In this document: one piece after another, positions 56,373 through 60,261 of the stretch
How positions within the stretch are numbered: position 1 is the first letter of the stretch
Layout: every line of letters begins with the position of its first letter
Assembly: GCA_003135555.1 (NCBI GenBank)
Contig: PLCF01000025.1
Span: 45,312 to 105,572, forward strand
Origin: Vulcanimicrobiota bacterium
Lineage (GTDB): Bacteria; Vulcanimicrobiota; Vulcanimicrobiia; Vulcanimicrobiales; Vulcanimicrobiaceae
Direction of reading: 5' to 3'
DNA: 60,261 nt
Program-made: the position numbers and the translations under genes
Notes under the pieces: model-generated
Told to the model about the DNA's origin: nothing
The model's input: only the letters and a program-made list of their open reading frames with translations
Databases searched by the model: none

Positions 56373-59075
56373 GTGACAATCCCCGGGCCTCGGCTCACCG
56401 CGCTCGTTGCCGTCTTGAGCCTGGTCTTCGCGTGCGGTGCTCCCGCGCGTGCGGACGACGCCGCGGCCACGGTCGAGGGTGTCGTCGACGATGTCGGGAC
56501 GGGCTTGCCGATCGGCGGCGCGAGCATCGGAACCGTCGATCGCCTCACGCTGGTCACGACCGCGAGCGACGGCAGCTTTCACATCGCCGGATTGGCTCCC
56601 GGCATCTACCGCCTGCGCGTCGAACGCGCCGGCTATCAACCCGCGCTTTCGGACGACGTTGCGATACCGGCAGGCGCCGTCGTCCGCGTAACCCTCGCGC
56701 TGCAGCGCAGCGCGGCGGGCGGCTCGCTACGCGTGATCGGGGCGACCGCGACCAACGCCGCTTCGGCACTGTTGCGCGCGACGACGACCTCGCGCACGCT
56801 CACGTCCGAAGCGCTCGAACAGCGCGGCATCACGCGCGCCGGCGACGCGCTGCGAGAGTTGCCGGGGATCACCAACGGAATCGCCGGCGACACCGCCGCG
56901 CTCGGCGACGACATTCCGCTCCAGCTGCGCGGGATCGGAACGCTCGAGACGACCACCGCGATCGATGGGCATCCGATCGCGTACGGCTTCCCGGGCGGCT
57001 ACAACTACCAGCTTTCGCCGCTCGCGGCGTTCCGCGACATCGGCGTGACCTACGGCTCGGGCAGCAACGTGCTGGGCACCAGCGCGATCGGCGGCGTCAT
57101 CGACTTTCGCACGCTCGTGCCGACTCCCGACCAACGTATCACCGTCGGGCAAGGCATCGGTACGTTCGACAAGCTGTCCACGACGTTGCGCGTGACCGGA
57201 ACGACCGGCAGGCTCGGTTACGCGCTGGCCTACGGCGCCAGCGGGCTCGACGGCCAATTCGCGCACAGTCGACCCTACCAGCCTGGTGCCGCGTACGACG
57301 TCACGGCGACCGCGCCGTCCGTGCGAGCCGTCGGCACCTACGACATGGACGCGAGCGCGAACGCGCACACCGGCTTGGTGAAGCTGCGTTACGACCTCGG
57401 CCCCAAGGACGCGATCGTGGCAACCGGCGTCCTCGCGTCGTACTATGAGAACAAGACCGGCAACGGCGACGGCGATTTCCTCGAGACGGCACCGGCGACC
57501 GCCTTTGCGCAGCAATCGCTGGCGAGGTACGTGCCCAGCGGCACGAACCCGTGTGCGGCCGGAACCTTTGCCGTAGCCAACGGCGGCCACGGCCCCGACG
57601 GCACGCCCGACGGCGGAAGCCCGTGCGCGACCGTCGCGCAGTACGTCGCCGACACGGTCGGCTTTCAAGGCGCGGGGCCGTCGTTCCAGACCTTCAACCT
57701 CTACGATGGGCAACTCGCATACGAGCACGCCGGCGCGACGCGTTTCGCGCGGCTGGCGCTGTTCGGAAACCGCTACGCCGATTTCACCACGCGACAGTAC
57801 CGTTTGCCCTTCGTCCACGCGCCCGGTGACAACTTTTCGATCACCGACAACCGGGAGAACGAAGGCGGCCTGATCGCGAGCGAAGACTTCTCCGGCCGCA
57901 ACAATACCTTCGGCGTCGCCTATACCTACCTCAACACGGCGTTCGCCCTGTCGCGCACCACCAGCAAAGCCGGCTCGTACGGCGCGCCGATCGTGCACCA
58001 GCAGAGCTACGAGTTGCACGACGTCTACCGCTCGGCGGCTTCTCCGCTTTCGCTGTTCGCCAACCTCGCCTTGACCCAGGCCAGCGCGACGCACAGCAGT
58101 GCACTCGACCCGCGCCTCTCGCTGCTCTATCAGCGGCCGGCGTCCCGGGACGTGTTCCGCGTCTCGGCGGGCGCGACGACGGCGCAACCGTCGGGCGACG
58201 AGCTGGGCCAGCCCTTCGTGCCGCAACAACTCAGCGGTGCCGGCGGCGGCGGGGGAATCAAGTGCGGCGCGCTCAACTCGATCGGCAGCGTGCCGTCGTC
58301 GGCGCTGCATCCCGAGCGGGGGATCGACGAAGAGGTCGCGTACGCCCACGGCTTCGGCGGCGACGCCTACGTCCAGGCGACGCTCTACAACGTCAACGTC
58401 CTGGACAAACTCTATAAGACGATCGTACCGCTCGCATCGACCGGCGGCGCCTTCGTCGACCCGGCGTTTCTCGTCCAGCAGACGCAGCTCATCACAAACG
58501 CGTGCGGCGCCGGCATCGCTCCGACGTTGGTGGGCGTGACCGGCACCTACAACGTGGGGCGACTGCGTGCCCAAGGCTTCACCCTCGCCGGTCGGTATCG
58601 CTTTGACCGGCGCACCGCGCTGGACTACGACTGGACGCTCGACTCGACCACGATCGTCTCCATCCCGACGCCGTTGCTGCAGTCGAACTTCACGTTGGTT
58701 CCGGGGAGCCAGCTGCCGGGATTACCGCTGCACACGCTCGACGTCGCGCTCGACCGCCTGGTGGGCAGCACGCTCGACGTGCGCCTCTCGCTGCACGGCG
58801 TCTCCGACAACAACACGAAACGTTTGCCGGCCTACACGTACAGCGACCTCAAGCTGAGTCTGCCGCTGCGGCGCGGCACGCTGGCCCTCGAGATCGACAA
58901 TCTCTTCAACGGGTACAGCGATCCGCGCGGCCTCCTGTACGAAGGCGAGCCCTACGCGCTCAACGGCTACGCGGGTGCTCTGCAGTATGCCCCGTTCACC
59001 GGCGCCGCCGCCAGCGAGCGCTTCGGCCTCCCACCGCGCACGCTCTTCCTCGACTACGTCGTGCGCATCCGCTAG
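56373..59075 (+). CDS. TonB-dependent receptor with N-terminal carboxypeptidase-regulatory-like domain
   Basis: Signal peptide, plug (LRELPGI, IDGHPI, AIGGVIDFRT), LHPERG, IDNLFN, PRTLFLDY. Confidence 0.9.
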   Translation: MTIPGPRLTALVAVLSLVFACGAPARADDAAATVEGVVDDVGTGLPIGGASIGTVDRLTLVTTASDGSFHIAGLAPGIYRLRVERAGYQPALSDDVAIPAGAVVRVTLALQRSAAGGSLRVIGATATNAASALLRATTTSRTLTSEALEQRGITRAGDALRELPGITNGIAGDTAALGDDIPLQLRGIGTLETTTAIDGHPIAYGFPGGYNYQLSPLAAFRDIGVTYGSGSNVLGTSAIGGVIDFRTLVPTPDQRITVGQGIGTFDKLSTTLRVTGTTGRLGYALAYGASGLDGQFAHSRPYQPGAAYDVTATAPSVRAVGTYDMDASANAHTGLVKLRYDLGPKDAIVATGVLASYYENKTGNGDGDFLETAPATAFAQQSLARYVPSGTNPCAAGTFAVANGGHGPDGTPDGGSPCATVAQYVADTVGFQGAGPSFQTFNLYDGQLAYEHAGATRFARLALFGNRYADFTTRQYRLPFVHAPGDNFSITDNRENEGGLIASEDFSGRNNTFGVAYTYLNTAFALSRTTSKAGSYGAPIVHQQSYELHDVYRSAASPLSLFANLALTQASATHSSALDPRLSLLYQRPASRDVFRVSAGATTAQPSGDELGQPFVPQQLSGAGGGGGIKCGALNSIGSVPSSALHPERGIDEEVAYAHGFGGDAYVQATLYNVNVLDKLYKTIVPLASTGGAFVDPAFLVQQTQLITNACGAGIAPTLVGVTGTYNVGRLRAQGFTLAGRYRFDRRTALDYDWTLDSTTIVSIPTPLLQSNFTLVPGSQLPGLPLHTLDVALDRLVGSTLDVRLSLHGVSDNNTKRLPAYTYSDLKLSLPLRRGTLALEIDNLFNGYSDPRGLLYEGEPYALNGYAGALQYAPFTGAAASERFGLPPRTLFLDYVVRIR

Positions 59076-59206
59076 GCCGCGGCGCGCTGCGGCGAGAGGG
59101 TTCGGCCTCGTATACCGGTTGCAGCGAGCCCAGGGGAGCGACAAAGCAAATCCACGAACCGATTCTGCGCGGGTGTTCCCTCGACACGCGGAGTGAGCAC
59201 GCCACG

Positions 59207-60261
59207 GTGAACGGCAAGGTTCGCACAGAGCAGGGCGATCGGGTCGATCTCAGCAAGCCGGCGGCCGGGCTGCCCACCGGGACGGTGTCGTTCTTGTTCA
59301 CCGACGTCGAAGGCAGCACGCAACTGTGGGAGCGCCATCACGACGCGATGCGCACCGCGCTCGCAGATCACGACGCGATGCTGCGCGAGGCCGTCGAGAC
59401 GCACCGCGGCACGGTGTTCAAAACCGTCGGCGACGCCGTCTGCGCCGCCTTCCTGCGGCCCGAGGACGCGCTGGGTGCGGCGCTCGAAGCGCAGCGGTGC
59501 TTGGCGGCCCATCCCTGGCCTGCGCCGATCGAGCGGCTGCGGGTGCGCATGGCGATCCACACCGGGAGCGCGGTCGAGTCGGAGGGCGACTATTTCGGCC
59601 CGACGGTGAATCGCGTCGCGCGCTTGATGGCGATCGGGCACGGCGAGCAGATCCTCGTCTCGAGCACCTCGGCGCTGCTGTTGCGCGACGTGTTGCCGCC
59701 GCAGGCGTCACTGCGCGATCTGGGGCTGCACCGGCTCAAGGACCTCAGCCATCCGGAGACCGCCTATCAGGTGGTCGCGGAGGGTCTGCGCGACGACTTC
59801 CCGGCGCTGCGTTCGCTCGACGGGCCGTCCAACGGCGCGGTCGCGCACAACTTGCCCCTGCCGCTGACGAGCTTCTACGGCCGCGAAGGCGAGCTCGCGA
59901 CGCTGACGCGCGAGCTGGGAGAACACCGGCTGGTCACGCTCACCGGGTTCGGCGGCGTCGGCAAGACGCGCCTGGCGCTTGAAGCCGGCTGGAGTTTTCT
60001 CGAGCTGTTCCCCGACGGCGTGCACCTGGTGGAGCTCGCGCCGCTGAGCGATCCGAACCTGGTTGCGCCGCGCATCGCGACGACGCTCGGGCTGCCGGAG
60101 CAGATGGGCCAACTGCCCGGAAACCTGTGGGTCGACGCGTTGCGCGCCAAACGTGCGCTGCTGATCGTCGACAACTGCGAGCACGTGCTGCACGCTGTCG
60201 GCGACGTGGTCGAGAAGCTGTTGCAGCGCTGCCCCGACTTCCGCGTGCTGGCGACGAGCCG
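59207..60261 (+). CDS. Class III adenylate/guanylate cyclase domain fused to NB-ARC/STAND ATPase (partial, runs off window)
   Basis: Manual translation: LPTGTVSFLFTDVEGSTQLWE, FKTVGDAVCAAF, GFGGVGKTRL, LIVDNCEH; absent from ORF track because it has no stop in the window. Confidence 0.92.
   Translation, partial: MNGKVRTEQGDRVDLSKPAAGLPTGTVSFLFTDVEGSTQLWERHHDAMRTALADHDAMLREAVETHRGTVFKTVGDAVCAAFLRPEDALGAALEAQRCLAAHPWPAPIERLRVRMAIHTGSAVESEGDYFGPTVNRVARLMAIGHGEQILVSSTSALLLRDVLPPQASLRDLGLHRLKDLSHPETAYQVVAEGLRDDFPALRSLDGPSNGAVAHNLPLPLTSFYGREGELATLTRELGEHRLVTLTGFGGVGKTRLALEAGWSFLELFPDGVHLVELAPLSDPNLVAPRIATTLGLPEQMGQLPGNLWVDALRAKRALLIVDNCEHVLHAVGDVVEKLLQRCPDFRVLATS

Noticed and set aside
79..60193. 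Many long Arg/Ala/Pro-rich overlapping ORFs in the track (e.g. 7803-10025, 20467-22905, 26648-30097, 27021-29738)
   Set aside because: Shadow frames expected in high-GC DNA; they overlap genes with clear family motifs and show none themselves
1..60261. CRISPR array, tRNA, rRNA, transposase, integrase or prophage
   Set aside because: No regular repeat-spacer pattern, RNA gene signature or mobile-element protein motif was seen by eye

Overview
High-GC bacterial chromosome segment from a diderm (it encodes a TonB-dependent receptor, predicted outer-membrane barrels and lipoproteins). Gene content is compatible with a Ca. Eremiobacterota-like lineage, which is an unverified inference. From left to right it holds: the end of the complex I operon (nuoH'-nuoN); fumC; a five-gene DUF11/beta-barrel surface-fibre operon (11917-22819); ridA, an aldo/keto reductase and a PLP decarboxylase; a PucR-type regulator with an atypical glutamine synthetase-like ligase; a MalT-like ATPase/HD-GYP pair and an S53 lipoprotease; an M-box riboswitch-controlled MgtE-N/NRAMP pair; an orphan flagellin divergent from a six-gene non-classical chaperone-usher-like pilus operon (39729-50123); suhB; kynA-kynU; an ABC substrate-binding protein; a TonB receptor; and a truncated cyclase-NB-ARC gene. 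The most striking inference concerns the DUF11 operon. Its subunits carry split DUF11 domains (an N-terminal Asn-bearing donor segment and a C-terminal Lys/acid-bearing acceptor lacking those strands), which suggests a donor-strand-complemented, possibly isopeptide-cross-linked pilus with tip, shaft, base, cap/chaperone and a dedicated barrel. Also notable are sigma-28-like promoters linking flagellin and both fibre operons, a dispersed CTGAGC-N-GTCGAAGGG repeat, and a strand-specific C-depletion halo near 51.6-52.3 kb. No rRNA, tRNA, CRISPR array or transposase was seen.
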